NCBI GenBank assembly: GCA_017513085.1
Contig: JAFWDK010000019.1
Span: forward strand, 160,001 to 224,000
Origin: Clostridiales bacterium
Lineage (GTDB): Bacteria; Bacillota; Clostridia; Saccharofermentanales; Saccharofermentanaceae
Direction: 5' to 3'
Length of the DNA stretch: 64,000 bases
Both the position numbers and the translations under genes were made by a program. The notes beneath the pieces were generated by a model. It saw only the letters and a list, made by a program, of their open reading frames with translations. It was not told the origin of the DNA and did not search any database. Within the stretch, counting starts at the first letter, position 1. Each line of letters begins with the position of its first letter. This document shows positions 41,616 to 52,327 of this stretch, piece after piece.

Positions 41616-44276
41616 TTATGCTACGACCTTGATCAGGCATCTAACCTCGCGCCCATCGCTCGTCCTTGCATAAAGATACGTGTTTGCCACACTTTTACCG
41701 GTTACTGTACCATTTGCATCCACTGTGGCCACGGCTGTGTTGCCCACTCGCCAGGACACTTCCTGTCTCGCTACGTTTTTTGCGGTAAACTGGAAGCTGC
41801 TTCCGACTTTGATCGTCTTCTCGGTATAAGTGATGCTCAGGGCACCGGCAGGAACGATCTTGAGAAGGCATTTGGCCGTACGTCCGTCCTCTGTCCGTAA
41901 ATAAAGATACGTATTTCCTATACTGACTGTTGTTACTGTTCCATTCGCATCAACTTTGGCCACATTCGAATTCCCTACCGACCACATGGCTTTCAGGATA
42001 CCTGTATTCTTGGCCGTAAACGCAAAGCTCTGCCCCATATAGATCGTCTTCTCGGTATAGTTGATACCCAGCGTTCCCGGATCAACGATCTTCAACAAGC
42101 ACTTGGCCACACGACCATCAGCACTCTTGGCATAGAGGTATGTATTGGCTGCGGTCTTTCCGATCACATTACCGTTCTGATCCACAGTTGCCACCGAAGT
42201 ATTTCCTACAGACCAGGTGATCTTCTGACCGGCATCTCCGGTTACCGCAAACCGGAATGCCTGATTAATATGTAATGTTTTCTCGGTATACCTGATCTTG
42301 AGTGCCGGATAAACAACTCTTACCAGACACTTGATCTTTGTGCCATCCGGAAGTCCTACATGCAGGTATGTATTGCCGGCACTTTTTGCGGTAACGAGTC
42401 CGCTTGCATTTACAGTAGCGATAGCCGTATTACCAACAGACCATGTGATACTATTATTGGAAACTCCCTCAACAGAATACTGGAAACTCTTTCCTACCTC
42501 GACTGTTTTTTCAGCCACCGGCGTCGGCGTAGGCGTCGTTTTCGGTTTCACGATCATTTCTTTGCCGTTGAACTTGACCCTTAAATTGTAATCGCAGGCG
42601 AACTTGCAATTCTCCTCACCGTTCCGTCTACCGCTGTAAATCACATAATCGTCCTCATACAGACAATCCTCTTCGAGCGGCAAGTTGATGCATTCGGAAA
42701 GATCCAAGTATTGCAGATCATTGTGGTAGCATAGGAGTTGTCTCAGTTCTTCGCCCTGACAGACTTTTAATGAAGTCATCCCATTATCAGAACACTCTAA
42801 AACTTTAAGCCATATATTCTTACTTACATCCAGTTCTTTTATCTGTGTACGGCTACAGAATAGTTCATCCATTGTTATGAAGTATTCGATACCCTTCAGC
42901 GATGCAGCCGAACTATCACTGACATCAATATAAGAAACCTTAGCCCGTTCGTTCCAGGCAAGTTTTCTATCTCCATTCAAGTCGACACTGTCTAACAAAT
43001 AACTACGGAATACAGCATCCGGGAAATACGTTCCGTTAACAGGGATCACTTGTGCTCCTTCACGATAATAGAACCCTGCATTAGGTACATTGATACTTGC
43101 AATAAAGTCATATGTAAGGCTATTACGGCCATTGTCAAACTCATTGAACTGATGATTCTCCGGATTCCTGTAATCAGAGGTTATAAGCGATACAACATTG
43201 CTATCCGTTGCAAATTTCAGTTCGGCAATGTTATTAAAGTGTGATGTCAAACTCAAAAGATCGTGGCATCCACTCACATCCAGAGAAGTCAGCAAGTTGT
43301 TTTCGCAATATAAATATTTAAGTTTCGGACAATTGCTCAGATTCAGAGATGTGAGTTTATTCTGTGAACACTCTATACTTTCCAACTGTTTATTGTTTCC
43401 CAAAACCAGAGACTTTAAGGAAACAGACGAACATACAAGATTTTTCAATTCAGTATTCTGGCTGACATCTAATTCATTCAGTTCTCCTTTATGTATATTG
43501 AGGATCTGCAAGTTCGGGAAATACTCCACGCCTTTTAACGACTTGACAGTTTTCCGGTCTATTTGTATGCCCGTAACTACTTCCCGTTCATCCAAGGAAA
43601 GAAAGCCATCTTTATCCGTATCGATCGTCGTCCGAATATACTCCACGAATGCCGTATCCGGAAAATTCCCGGAATTAATAGGCATCAGTGTGGGAGACGG
43701 GGATGGTGTCGGATCATCGTTGGGAATGATTGTTACTTGAGCATTCTGAAAAGCATCTGCTTCGTATTGTGTCGTAGAGTATACATAAACATGGAGTCTT
43801 CCGGATGCTGAATAAAAAGCACGAGAACCAACATACTCCAAAGCTTTCGGAAGTCTAACTTCCGTCAAGAATGAATTAGCAAGAAAAGCTTGAGAACCGA
43901 TACGCTTCAATGTTGAAGGAAATGTGATCGAAGTACACTTGGAATTAGCATAGAAAGCCATATTTCCAATTGAAGTCACTCCTTCCGGAATCACAACAGA
44001 ATTAAAGATATTTAAACCTTCGAAAGCGCTATCAGCAATAGATACGACCTGGTGACCACCTAAAGTCTGCGGAATAACAAGATCACGCGGATCAGTACCG
44101 GCAGCTTCACCATTAAAATACATCAGCGTACAAGTACCGTCAGCATTAACCTGATAACTGAATAGTCCATCAAACTCCCATCCAGCTCGTACGATCGGTC
44201 GCACCGCGCTCACAATCAGCAACAGTAGCAAAACAGAGAACACACAACTTAAGCGCTTGCAAAAAGATTTGCTCAT
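41616..44276 (-). CDS. Secreted surface protein: BspA-type LRR, two internalin-like LRR blocks, four Ig-like (Big_2) repeats
   Basis: Signal peptide; VVIPEGVTSIGNMAF repeats; FPDxxF..D(T/L)(D/N)xD caps plus LDVSxN LRRs; four W(S/R)VGN..A.V..NG/SG..NTYL..CL repeats. Confidence 0.85.
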   Translation of the reverse strand: MSKSFCKRLSCVFSVLLLLLIVSAVRPIVRAGWEFDGLFSYQVNADGTCTLMYFNGEAAGTDPRDLVIPQTLGGHQVVSIADSAFEGLNIFNSVVIPEGVTSIGNMAFYANSKCTSITFPSTLKRIGSQAFLANSFLTEVRLPKALEYVGSRAFYSASGRLHVYVYSTTQYEADAFQNAQVTIIPNDDPTPSPSPTLMPINSGNFPDTAFVEYIRTTIDTDKDGFLSLDEREVVTGIQIDRKTVKSLKGVEYFPNLQILNIHKGELNELDVSQNTELKNLVCSSVSLKSLVLGNNKQLESIECSQNKLTSLNLSNCPKLKYLYCENNLLTSLDVSGCHDLLSLTSHFNNIAELKFATDSNVVSLITSDYRNPENHQFNEFDNGRNSLTYDFIASINVPNAGFYYREGAQVIPVNGTYFPDAVFRSYLLDSVDLNGDRKLAWNERAKVSYIDVSDSSAASLKGIEYFITMDELFCSRTQIKELDVSKNIWLKVLECSDNGMTSLKVCQGEELRQLLCYHNDLQYLDLSECINLPLEEDCLYEDDYVIYSGRRNGEENCKFACDYNLRVKFNGKEMIVKPKTTPTPTPVAEKTVEVGKSFQYSVEGVSNNSITWSVGNTAIATVNASGLVTAKSAGNTYLHVGLPDGTKIKCLVRVVYPALKIRYTEKTLHINQAFRFAVTGDAGQKITWSVGNTSVATVDQNGNVIGKTAANTYLYAKSADGRVAKCLLKIVDPGTLGINYTEKTIYMGQSFAFTAKNTGILKAMWSVGNSNVAKVDANGTVTTVSIGNTYLYLRTEDGRTAKCLLKIVPAGALSITYTEKTIKVGSSFQFTAKNVARQEVSWRVGNTAVATVDANGTVTGKSVANTYLYARTSDGREVRCLIKVVA

Positions 44277-44411
44277 AAACAGTCACCCCTTGAAAATATT
44301 ATCCATATAAAATTGTACAATACTCAAGCGACAGAATTCACCGTTATTACCAGATATAAATATAAATCTATGTAAATATTTTGTAACTGTTGACCATCAG
44401 GCAAATCTTAT

Positions 44412-44440
44412 TTGACAATACCCAAAATGTGGTCTAGCAT
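44412..44440 (+). promoter_or_regulatory. SigA promoter of plsC
   Basis: TTGACA-17 bp-TAGCAT. Confidence 0.65.
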
Positions 44441-44473
44441 ATCCTCAGTACAGTTAGTAAGTATTAAGGGGAT

Positions 44474-45208
44474 GTGCAAGTGGCTGATAAAGAGAATGTG
44501 TCCAAAGAGCAGAATATTTCTGCTGAGGACCTGAATAAGAAGTATCCGACACCGCGAGGTTTTTCCGGCTGGTTCTGGTATCACTTTTCGATGCGGGCCA
44601 CTAAGATCCTCGTCAAACTCCGCGCCGATGGCAGGGAAAACATTCCAGCTACGAATCCGTATGTTGTTTGTTCCAATCACCAGACCTATGCCGATGGCAT
44701 GTGGATCATGAGTTTTCTTCCGAGAAAACACAGAAAGTATTTCTGTTCTCTCGCCGCCTCAGATCTCGAGACCAACTACGGCGGACTGGGCCGCGCCATG
44801 ATGCATGTAGGCCGCGGCATCGCCGTGGACCGTTTCGGAAACCCGGTACGAGGTCTTATTAAAGCTAAAAAAGAACTGGAGAAGGGCAACCTGATCCTGG
44901 TTCATCCGGAGGGCACCAGAACTCACGATGGCCGTGTTGCCGAGTTTAAGGACGGCGCCGCATACCTTTCCGTCAAAGCGGATGTTCCTCTTCTCCCCAT
45001 CTATATCGAGGGCGGCTATCAGGCCTGGTCCCGCCACATGAAGAGACCTCAGACCTGGGACAAAGTCCATCACAGAAGGAAGCGCATCACGATCCATTTC
45101 GGCAAGCCTTTCATGCCGGACGATTATGACCGCGATGCTCATAAGATGACCGAAGCCATCTACGCATGGATGAAGGAAATGGAAAAGAAAGACGTGAATC
45201 TCCAGTAA
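44474..45208 (+). CDS. plsC: 1-acyl-sn-glycerol-3-phosphate acyltransferase family protein
   Basis: NHQTYAD (NHx4D), HPEGTRT, FKDGAA. Confidence 0.85.
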   Translation: MQVADKENVSKEQNISAEDLNKKYPTPRGFSGWFWYHFSMRATKILVKLRADGRENIPATNPYVVCSNHQTYADGMWIMSFLPRKHRKYFCSLAASDLETNYGGLGRAMMHVGRGIAVDRFGNPVRGLIKAKKELEKGNLILVHPEGTRTHDGRVAEFKDGAAYLSVKADVPLLPIYIEGGYQAWSRHMKRPQTWDKVHHRRKRITIHFGKPFMPDDYDRDAHKMTEAIYAWMKEMEKKDVNLQ

Positions 45209-45272
45209 TGGAGATTCTTTTTTACACAAAAACAGCCGTGTCACCACGGCCGGAATCATATGGGAAACAGCA

Positions 45273-46238
45273 TCAGAAATTGGCGAAGCGGATCGCTTTC
45301 GGCACGATCTCATAGCGGACCTTATGACCGAAGAAATCCTCACCGTCATAGTTACCCTGAAGCTGGAAATTACTATCCAAAGAGGAAAAGATACCACTGG
45401 TGGAACGATACATGGTAAAACCGGGCTGCCCGACATGATGTCCCTTCTTATACTTCATCAACTGGGAAAAAGCCTTGGTACGGGACATATGGTCGACCAG
45501 GCAAACATCAAGCACGCCATCGTCGATCTCCGCGGACGGAGCCGGGCAAAAACCGCCTCCATAGTATCGTCCGTTGCAGATGCTGACCAGAGAATAACGG
45601 ACATTCTTCTTCTCGATGATATCACCATTATCCAATTCGATGGAATAGTCCATCTTGTAGCGCCAGCCGGTCAGAAGACAAGACACCGCCGCCATGGAAT
45701 ACGCGTGTTTTCTATAGAACATACTCTTCGGATGCTTCGCCACCATAAGTTTCGCTTTGGCCTGTACCAGCGTATCCAGACCCATCGAAGCAATATTAAG
45801 GCAGTAACGGCTCCAGATCGGAAGATGATTGCCCAGTGCGTCATAGCTGTCGATGCGCAAAAGATCGATCGGACGGATATCCGGATTTTCCAAGTGTTTG
45901 AGGATCATCAGAGGCTTCTTGCAAAACTCCGGCGGATACACGGTTCTGGCAAAATCATTACATGTGCCCAACGGAAGCACGCCCATAGGCGAACTACGGA
46001 AAGCAAGCGCATTGGCCACTTCGTGGACCGTGCCGTCTCCGCCGCAGGCAAAAATGATGCATTCCGAGCCGAATTTTTCGGAAAAAGCAACCGCCAGCCG
46101 TTCCGCATGGTTCTCATAGCGTGTATATTTCACGATGATCTTCGAACGGATATCCTTCGGTAAAGCGTAGAGTGCTTTTTCAAAAGACTTCTTCTTCCTC
46201 TTATGTATGTTTGCGTTGACTATAAAAATGTACTGCAA
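45273..46238 (-). CDS. Diacylglycerol kinase (DgkB/YegS) family lipid kinase
   Basis: CGGDGTVHEV, PLGTCNDFAR, NGRYYGGG, DDGVLD, DGE. Confidence 0.88.
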   Translation of the reverse strand: MQYIFIVNANIHKRKKKSFEKALYALPKDIRSKIIVKYTRYENHAERLAVAFSEKFGSECIIFACGGDGTVHEVANALAFRSSPMGVLPLGTCNDFARTVYPPEFCKKPLMILKHLENPDIRPIDLLRIDSYDALGNHLPIWSRYCLNIASMGLDTLVQAKAKLMVAKHPKSMFYRKHAYSMAAVSCLLTGWRYKMDYSIELDNGDIIEKKNVRYSLVSICNGRYYGGGFCPAPSAEIDDGVLDVCLVDHMSRTKAFSQLMKYKKGHHVGQPGFTMYRSTSGIFSSLDSNFQLQGNYDGEDFFGHKVRYEIVPKAIRFANF

Positions 46239-46261
46239 AATATTATCCCCGTATAAAATGC

Positions 46262-46576
46262 TTAATTCTTCGAGTTGCTGATCATCTCGACAACATCGCC
46301 GATGGAACGGACCAGTTCAATGGCCTCATCAGAAATATGGATGTCGTAAAGACTCTCAAGATCGACCACCAGTTCATAAAGCTGCAGGGAATCCAAAGGA
46401 AGGTCTTCAAAAAGCATGGTATCCAAAGAAAAATCTGTCTTTGGCATATCCAAAAGCTTGGAAAGCATGTCCGTAATGGTATCGAAAATGGCTTCCTTGC
46501 CGAAATCAGGTTTCTGTCCGGCAGAAGCGGAGATCAGTTCTCTTCCGTTATTCTCTTTTTTCTTCGAAACCGCCAC
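46262..46576 (-). CDS. acpP: Acyl carrier protein with an N-terminal extension
   Basis: LDSLQLYELVVDLE (DSL phosphopantetheine site); GTG start at 46576 with GGAGGTG RBS. Confidence 0.8.
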   Translation of the reverse strand: MAVSKKKENNGRELISASAGQKPDFGKEAIFDTITDMLSKLLDMPKTDFSLDTMLFEDLPLDSLQLYELVVDLESLYDIHISDEAIELVRSIGDVVEMISNSKN

Positions 46577-46577
46577 A

Positions 46578-47075
46578 TCACACCTCCGTATCATCACGCA
46601 CGATCTTCTTATAATGCTGACCGTTGCTGTACTTCTTGTACTGCTCTTCCACAAATGCATCGATCTCCGCGACGGTCTTGGTCAGGATCGCCTTCTCCTC
46701 CTCGGAGAGAGGGTCCATGATCCTCTTAACCAGCACGCGGTGAAACTTCGAGTGCATGCGGTAAGCAAGTTTTCCCTGTCTGGTGAGGGAGATACGGACA
46801 ATTCTTCTGTCTTTCGTATCGCGCTGGCGCTCCACATACTCTTTCTTGACCAGGCGGTCGATCGCCACCGTCAAAGTACCCACCGTGATACCAAGAATAT
46901 TGGCTGTCTCAGTCATGGTACGCGCCTCATAAGGACCGATGGCATTCAACGTATGCAGTTCTGCAATCGAAAGATCTGAAAAGTACCCTTTAGAGAGTGC
47001 CATACCCTCTGTCAGAAGCACATTATCGAATATACGGAGTAAGCTCTCCGCAAAATCCTTTTCGTTCGAGTCCAT
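46578..47075 (-). CDS. MarR family regulator (FabT-like)
   Basis: DLSIAELHTLNAIG..ITVGTLTVAIDRLVKKEYVER..DRRIVRISLT..G resembles FabT; adjacent to acp. Confidence 0.85.
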   Translation of the reverse strand: MDSNEKDFAESLLRIFDNVLLTEGMALSKGYFSDLSIAELHTLNAIGPYEARTMTETANILGITVGTLTVAIDRLVKKEYVERQRDTKDRRIVRISLTRQGKLAYRMHSKFHRVLVKRIMDPLSEEEKAILTKTVAEIDAFVEEQYKKYSNGQHYKKIVRDDTEV

Positions 47076-47226
47076 CTTTGTTCCCCTTTCGCCCTCACGC
47101 ATAGCAAAATTCTACACGAATCAGATGTAAAAAACAATAAAATTACCTTGCGAAAAGCCGAAAACAGGTATTCATCCGCACTTTTCGGCAAAAATCACAA
47201 TGTATCGAACCGACGTATGCCGGATA

Positions 47227-47973
47227 CTAGGGATTTCTACACACCACTTCCACCTCATCGATGGGAATAATGCGTGGATACGTCCCGGAGAAAAGCCCTG
47301 TCCGGATCACCCTTGTGTTCTCCGCAACCGGCTTACTCATACCACAGTAGGTCTGAAGTGCAGAAAGGATCAGGTCCGGGCGCACGTTTTTCTCGGAACC
47401 GGCCCCGCAGTAAAAATCCACCGCATCCGGATTTCCGTCTGAAGCCTGGGATAGAGAGATCATGAGCGGACGGATATCCGTCTTCTTCAGTTTGCCTTTC
47501 GCCATCTTCTCGACCTCCAAAGACTCCATGGAAAGTGCCCGTTCCATCGCAGCACGGATCCCCGGTGCTTCAAAACGGTATGACGCCGTCGTCACGATCG
47601 ACATGATACTATCCTTCGGTTCCGGGATCGCCTTAGACCTCGCGATCCGGATCCCTTGCGGAAGGTACGTGTTCATCGCGCGGACAAACTCTTCTTCGTC
47701 AAAAGGTCTGTCGAGGGATACGTCGAGATAATCTTTTCTCGTCTCGATCCCGACACCGAGCGGCAGCGCAAAAACCATCTCCGGTCTCGGGTTATAGCCC
47801 TGTGAATACAGGATCGGTAATCCCGCCCGTCTGGCCGCGCGTTCAAAGCAGGTCATCAGGTCGAGGTGTCCGAGAAAGATCGCCGCCCCGTTTCTTTCGA
47901 AGACGCAGCGCTGAACATATGCAGTCTGGTGATCCTGCATCGTCATTTTCTTCTCCAGTTCACTCTGCCGCAT
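47227..47973 (-). CDS. TIGR03936-family radical SAM-linked protein (DUF2344)
   Basis: FLGHLDL..FERAARRAGLP..YSQGYNPRP..FALPLGVG. Confidence 0.88.
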   Translation of the reverse strand: MRQSELEKKMTMQDHQTAYVQRCVFERNGAAIFLGHLDLMTCFERAARRAGLPILYSQGYNPRPEMVFALPLGVGIETRKDYLDVSLDRPFDEEEFVRAMNTYLPQGIRIARSKAIPEPKDSIMSIVTTASYRFEAPGIRAAMERALSMESLEVEKMAKGKLKKTDIRPLMISLSQASDGNPDAVDFYCGAGSEKNVRPDLILSALQTYCGMSKPVAENTRVIRTGLFSGTYPRIIPIDEVEVVCRNP

Positions 47974-49888
47974 AGCTCACGCCTCCCTTCACTTTTTCCT
48001 TGAAGCACTCGCCAACACCGAAACAAGTCACCCCGCAGCCGGAACACTTCTCCCGGCAGGATGGCGTGGTGGTTTCCGCATAGGCCTTATGCCGTTCGGA
48101 AAGCAGGAACTTTTTGGTCACTCCCACGTTGATATGCTCCCAGGGCAAGGTCTCTTCTTCATGATGTTCTCTTGAAAAATCTTCCACGGACAGGCCATGT
48201 CTTTCCAGGATCTCCAGCCATCTCGAAAACTTAAACTGGTCATCCCAGGCATCAAAGATCAGTCCGCTCTTATATCCCTCCAGAAGAACCGGTGCCAGAC
48301 GTCGGTCACCTCTTGCCAGCACGACTTCCCAGACCGAGGAATCAAAGTCATGCCATGCATAGTGGATATTTCGGCTCCGGATATTCTCCTTCAGAAGTTT
48401 CTGTTTACGTATCAATTCTTCTTTCGTATCCTGCTTCTCCCACTGGAAAGGCGTGAACGGTTTCGGAATAAAAAGCGACGTGGAGACCGTGATCTCCAAT
48501 TTTCTCATTCTCTGTCCGGTCCTTCTTCCCACATCGTAATAGAGCTGTTCGATCCGCCGTGCCAGATCCGCAATACCAAGCACATCTTCGTCCGTCTCCG
48601 TCGGAAGTCCCAGCATAAAGTAAAGTTTCACCGTACTCCAGCCTCCTTCAAAAGCCAGTTCCAGCGCCGAGAAGATATTCTCCTCCCGGATATTCTTATT
48701 AATGACATCACGAAGCCGCTGCGTGCCCGCCTCCGGAGCAAACGTCAGGCCGCTTTTTCTCGTGCTCTGCACCTTCTCCATAAGATCCAGAGAGAAAGAA
48801 TCCAGACGCAAAGAAGGAAGCGAAAGACTGGTGTGATGTCCCTCAAATGTCTCCAGGAGATCTGTCGCCAGTTTCGGGAATTCCGTGTAGTCGCTGGTAG
48901 AAAGCGACAACAGCCCCATCTCATCGTAGCCCGTATTTTTCTCCAGCTCCATTCCCTGCCGGCAAAGCACTTCTTCGGATTTTTCTCTTACCGGTCGGTA
49001 AATGAATCCGGCCTGGCAGAAACGGCATCCTCGGATACATCCGCGGAAAACCTCCAGGTACGAGCGGTCATGAACGACACGCATATTCGACACCACAGGA
49101 CTCGTCGGATAAGAAACCGTATCGAGATCTTTTATGATCCGCTTGGTGACCGTTTCCGGGATCCCCTCGCGGTTCGGAGTAACACTCGCGCCATGTTCGC
49201 GCGAATAGGAAACATCGTAAAAACAAGGAACGTAGATGCCTTCGATCTGCGCGCACTGATACAGGAGTTCCTCTTTCGAGATCGGATGGTCTGTTTCTTT
49301 GGAAAGTTTATATTCCCGGATCTTTTCGGAAAGCTCCAGGATCATCTCCTCGCCTTCGCCCATCAGGGCGATATCGAAAAAGTCCGCCATCGGTTCGATG
49401 TTATACGCACACGGACCGCCGCAGCAGATGATCGGATCATCCTCCCCGCGGTCTTTGGCCAGAAGCGGGATCCTGCCAAGATCAAGCATCTGCAGAACAT
49501 TGGTGTAACACATCTCATAGCCGAGCGTAAAACCGAGAATATCGAAGTCGCAAAGCGGCGTCTTCGTCTCCTGCGAGTAAAGCGGAATATTCTTCTCCCT
49601 CAGGATCTTATCCATATCCAGCCACGGGGAAAAAGCGCGCTCGCACGCGACAAAATCACTTTCGTTCAGCACGTGATACAGAATCTGAAGTGCAAGATTA
49701 CTCATGCCTATCTCATAAATATCGGGAAAACAGAACGCGAAGCGGACATAGGAGGTCTTCCCCGTCCTCTCAAGTTCTTCCATCATATCTTCTTTAATGA
49801 CTGCGTTAAATTCACCACCCACATATCTGGCCGGGCTCTCGACCGACATCAGATCTGATTTAGAAAGTGGTACAGGATAATTCTTCAT
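47960..49888 (-). CDS. TIGR03960-family B12-binding radical SAM protein
   Basis: PARYVGGE, FPDIYEIGMSN, RGCIRGCRFCQAG, TFAPEAG, PKPFTPFQW; ATG at 49888. Confidence 0.9.
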   Translation of the reverse strand: MKNYPVPLSKSDLMSVESPARYVGGEFNAVIKEDMMEELERTGKTSYVRFAFCFPDIYEIGMSNLALQILYHVLNESDFVACERAFSPWLDMDKILREKNIPLYSQETKTPLCDFDILGFTLGYEMCYTNVLQMLDLGRIPLLAKDRGEDDPIICCGGPCAYNIEPMADFFDIALMGEGEEMILELSEKIREYKLSKETDHPISKEELLYQCAQIEGIYVPCFYDVSYSREHGASVTPNREGIPETVTKRIIKDLDTVSYPTSPVVSNMRVVHDRSYLEVFRGCIRGCRFCQAGFIYRPVREKSEEVLCRQGMELEKNTGYDEMGLLSLSTSDYTEFPKLATDLLETFEGHHTSLSLPSLRLDSFSLDLMEKVQSTRKSGLTFAPEAGTQRLRDVINKNIREENIFSALELAFEGGWSTVKLYFMLGLPTETDEDVLGIADLARRIEQLYYDVGRRTGQRMRKLEITVSTSLFIPKPFTPFQWEKQDTKEELIRKQKLLKENIRSRNIHYAWHDFDSSVWEVVLARGDRRLAPVLLEGYKSGLIFDAWDDQFKFSRWLEILERHGLSVEDFSREHHEEETLPWEHINVGVTKKFLLSERHKAYAETTTPSCREKCSGCGVTCFGVGECFKEKVKGGVSYAAE

Positions 49889-49999
49889 GTCGGATCTATA
49901 TCTCTCCTTGAAGCGGTTTTCCATTATTTTACAGCAAAAATGGCATCTTGTCCTTACGTCTCCCGCCTGACTTGCCAAGAGCTACCGGGCAAAAATGAA

Positions 50000-50036
50000 A
50001 AAGGAAGCCGCCTCTTTGTTGTCGAGGCAGCTTCCT
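50000..50036 (-). terminator. Intrinsic terminator after pgi
   Basis: AGGAAGCCGCCTC / GAGGCAGCTTCCT stem, followed by a T-run on the minus strand. Confidence 0.75.
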
Positions 50037-50086
50037 TCTCACTCACATCATTTTATTCAGTTTAAAGGAAAGGCGGAAAAGCCGAA

Positions 50087-51433
50087 TCACTTATTCTTCA
50101 GTCTCTTCTCCAAAGCTTTCTTCTCCGCTTCATAACCCGGCTTGCCGAGAAGAGCGAACATGTTCTTCTTGTAAGCTTCTACGCCAGGCTGGTTGAACGG
50201 ATTAACAGCATTCAGATATCCGGAAATGCCGCATGCCTTCTCGAAGAAGTAGATCAGCTGACCGAGCCAGTATTCGTTGAGCTCCGGTACATGGATGATC
50301 ATGTTTGGAACTTTACCGTCAACATGAGCAAGAACCGTACCCTGCATAGCCTTCAGGTTAACATCGTTCATGTCCATGCCTGCCAGGAAGTTCAAGCCAT
50401 CGAGGTTCTCTTTGTCGCTCGGGATAATGAAAGAACGGCGTGCCTTATCGATCTGTACGACAGTCTCGAAAAGCATTCTCTTACCATCCTGGATGTACTG
50501 ACCCATGGAGTGCAGGTCGGTCGTGTTATCTACGCCTGCCGGGAAGATGCCCTTGCCGTCCTTACCTTCGGACTCACCATAGAGCTGCTTCCACCATTCA
50601 GTCATGTAATGGAAAGAAGGCTCGTAGTTTACCATTACTTCTGTGTTGTAACCACGACGAAGCAGGCAGTTTCTGGCGATAGCGTACTTGTAGCACTCAT
50701 TCTCCATGCCGACCTTCTTATAGTCACGGCTTGCATCTCTTGCACCGGTCATGATTTGACGGATGTCGATGCCGGCAACCGCGATCGGGAGAAGACCAAC
50801 AGCTGTCAGTACAGAGAAACGTCCTCCGACGTCATCCGGAACTACGAATGTCTCATAGCCTTCATTCTTAGCAAGAGTCTTCAGGGCTCCGCGCTCCTTA
50901 TCCGTTGTCGCATAGATACGGGCTCTGGCTTCCTCTTTACCGTACTTCTCTTCCATATACGCACGGATGATACGGAAAGCGATCGCCGGCTCAGTAGTCG
51001 TACCGGACTTAGAGATCACGTTTACAGATACTCTCTTGCCCTCAAGAAGATCCATCAAGTCAGCAAGATATGTTGCGCTGATGGAGTTTCCGCAGAAGAT
51101 GATCTGCGGAGCTTTTCTGACTTTCTTATTTGCCATATTTGCAAAAGAATGGGAAAGAAGCTCGATTGCAGCTCTTGCGCCAAGGTAGGATCCGCCGATA
51201 CCGATCACCAGAAGTACATCGGAATCCTTACGGATACGTGTCGCAGCCTGACGGATACGGATGAATTCGTTCTTGTCATACTTGCTCGGCAGTTCCAGCC
51301 AGCCAAGGAAATCACTTCCCGGGCCGTTCTTCTTGTGAAGCATGTTGTGGGCCAACTCCACCTGCGGCAGCATCTTCTCCATCTCATTTTCGTTAATGAA
51401 AGACATCAGATTGGATGTATCAACACTAATCAT
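50087..51433 (-). CDS. pgi: Glucose-6-phosphate isomerase
   Basis: [53 protein letters not shown]. Confidence 0.97.
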   Translation of the reverse strand: MISVDTSNLMSFINENEMEKMLPQVELAHNMLHKKNGPGSDFLGWLELPSKYDKNEFIRIRQAATRIRKDSDVLLVIGIGGSYLGARAAIELLSHSFANMANKKVRKAPQIIFCGNSISATYLADLMDLLEGKRVSVNVISKSGTTTEPAIAFRIIRAYMEEKYGKEEARARIYATTDKERGALKTLAKNEGYETFVVPDDVGGRFSVLTAVGLLPIAVAGIDIRQIMTGARDASRDYKKVGMENECYKYAIARNCLLRRGYNTEVMVNYEPSFHYMTEWWKQLYGESEGKDGKGIFPAGVDNTTDLHSMGQYIQDGKRMLFETVVQIDKARRSFIIPSDKENLDGLNFLAGMDMNDVNLKAMQGTVLAHVDGKVPNMIIHVPELNEYWLGQLIYFFEKACGISGYLNAVNPFNQPGVEAYKKNMFALLGKPGYEAEKKALEKRLKNK

Positions 51434-51673
51434 AAAAAATCTCCTCAATCTGTTTATGAATATTTGGCACGTTAAGCACCGCAATTAGTATACCACGAAT
51501 AATTAAAAAACAATGGATAAGTTCGAATAAAATCCATCAGAATTCATTAAGGATATCATGCACGCAACGTTTTTTGCGACTTTGTCAAAAAAATTGAACG
51601 TTTGAGCCGGTCTTCGAAACCGATGTCGATTCACGTATTTCAGCCTCGGACGCAAAAGCACAGAAAATTTACA

Positions 51674-52225
51674 TTATTTCTCTTCTGAAATCAGTCGGAT
51701 GATCTCCAGATACATTTCGGCCGGCTCACTCTTCCATCTCTTGCACGTGCGTTCTGCCGCCGCTTCTGACGGCGCATTCCAGTGAAGGGAGAATGTTGTT
51801 GCGTCATTTTCCACAAGACGAAGATCCACATCCCATGTTCCTTCCCCGTTCGGCGCATATTCGGCCTGGACACTTTTCTCTTCGGAAGCCTCATGACGCC
51901 AGGACTTGGAGGCCGAACTCAGATAGGCACGGATGCCTGTCGGAACCGATGGAAGCAATCGATTGAGGATCGCTTTGCCCTCCGGCGTAATATCGCAGGA
52001 CAGGATCGGTCTTCCGGACGCATCTTTTCGGGATTCATTCTTTCTCACCGACTCCGTCATGAGACGGGCATCCAGCAGTTCTTTTTTCGCCTGGGAAAAG
52101 AGAAAATAATCTACATAGAGCGACTCCAGCGCACAGTCGGTCAGCTTGGCTGACGGGATACTGTCGACCTTGGAAAGAATAAAAAGAATAATGATCTTCG
52201 CATTTGGCAGATCCGTATTGGCCAT
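51674..52225 (-). CDS. DUF4364 family winged-helix protein
   Basis: KIIILFIL..YVDYF..EL..ITPEG..C.RWK..MY..II pattern. Confidence 0.7.
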   Translation of the reverse strand: MANTDLPNAKIIILFILSKVDSIPSAKLTDCALESLYVDYFLFSQAKKELLDARLMTESVRKNESRKDASGRPILSCDITPEGKAILNRLLPSVPTGIRAYLSSASKSWRHEASEEKSVQAEYAPNGEGTWDVDLRLVENDATTFSLHWNAPSEAAAERTCKRWKSEPAEMYLEIIRLISEEK

Positions 52226-52327
52226 GTGATCGCTCCTTCAAACGTAGTACGGTCTATTATACGACAAGCCGATGCATCTTGAAAGACGCGGTGGACTTAA
52301 GAAAAACGATCCACGCTAACTGTTGCT

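Noticed and set aside
48197-49858. 553-aa + strand ORF
   Set aside because: Antisense shadow of the radical SAM gene; no RBS or motifs
50291-51475. 394-aa + strand ORF
   Set aside because: Antisense to the strongly codon-biased pgi
51555-51630. LacI/CcpA-like operators upstream of pgi (GCAACGTTTT, TCGAAACCGATGTCGA)
   Set aside because: Imperfect palindromes that cannot be distinguished from chance without comparative data
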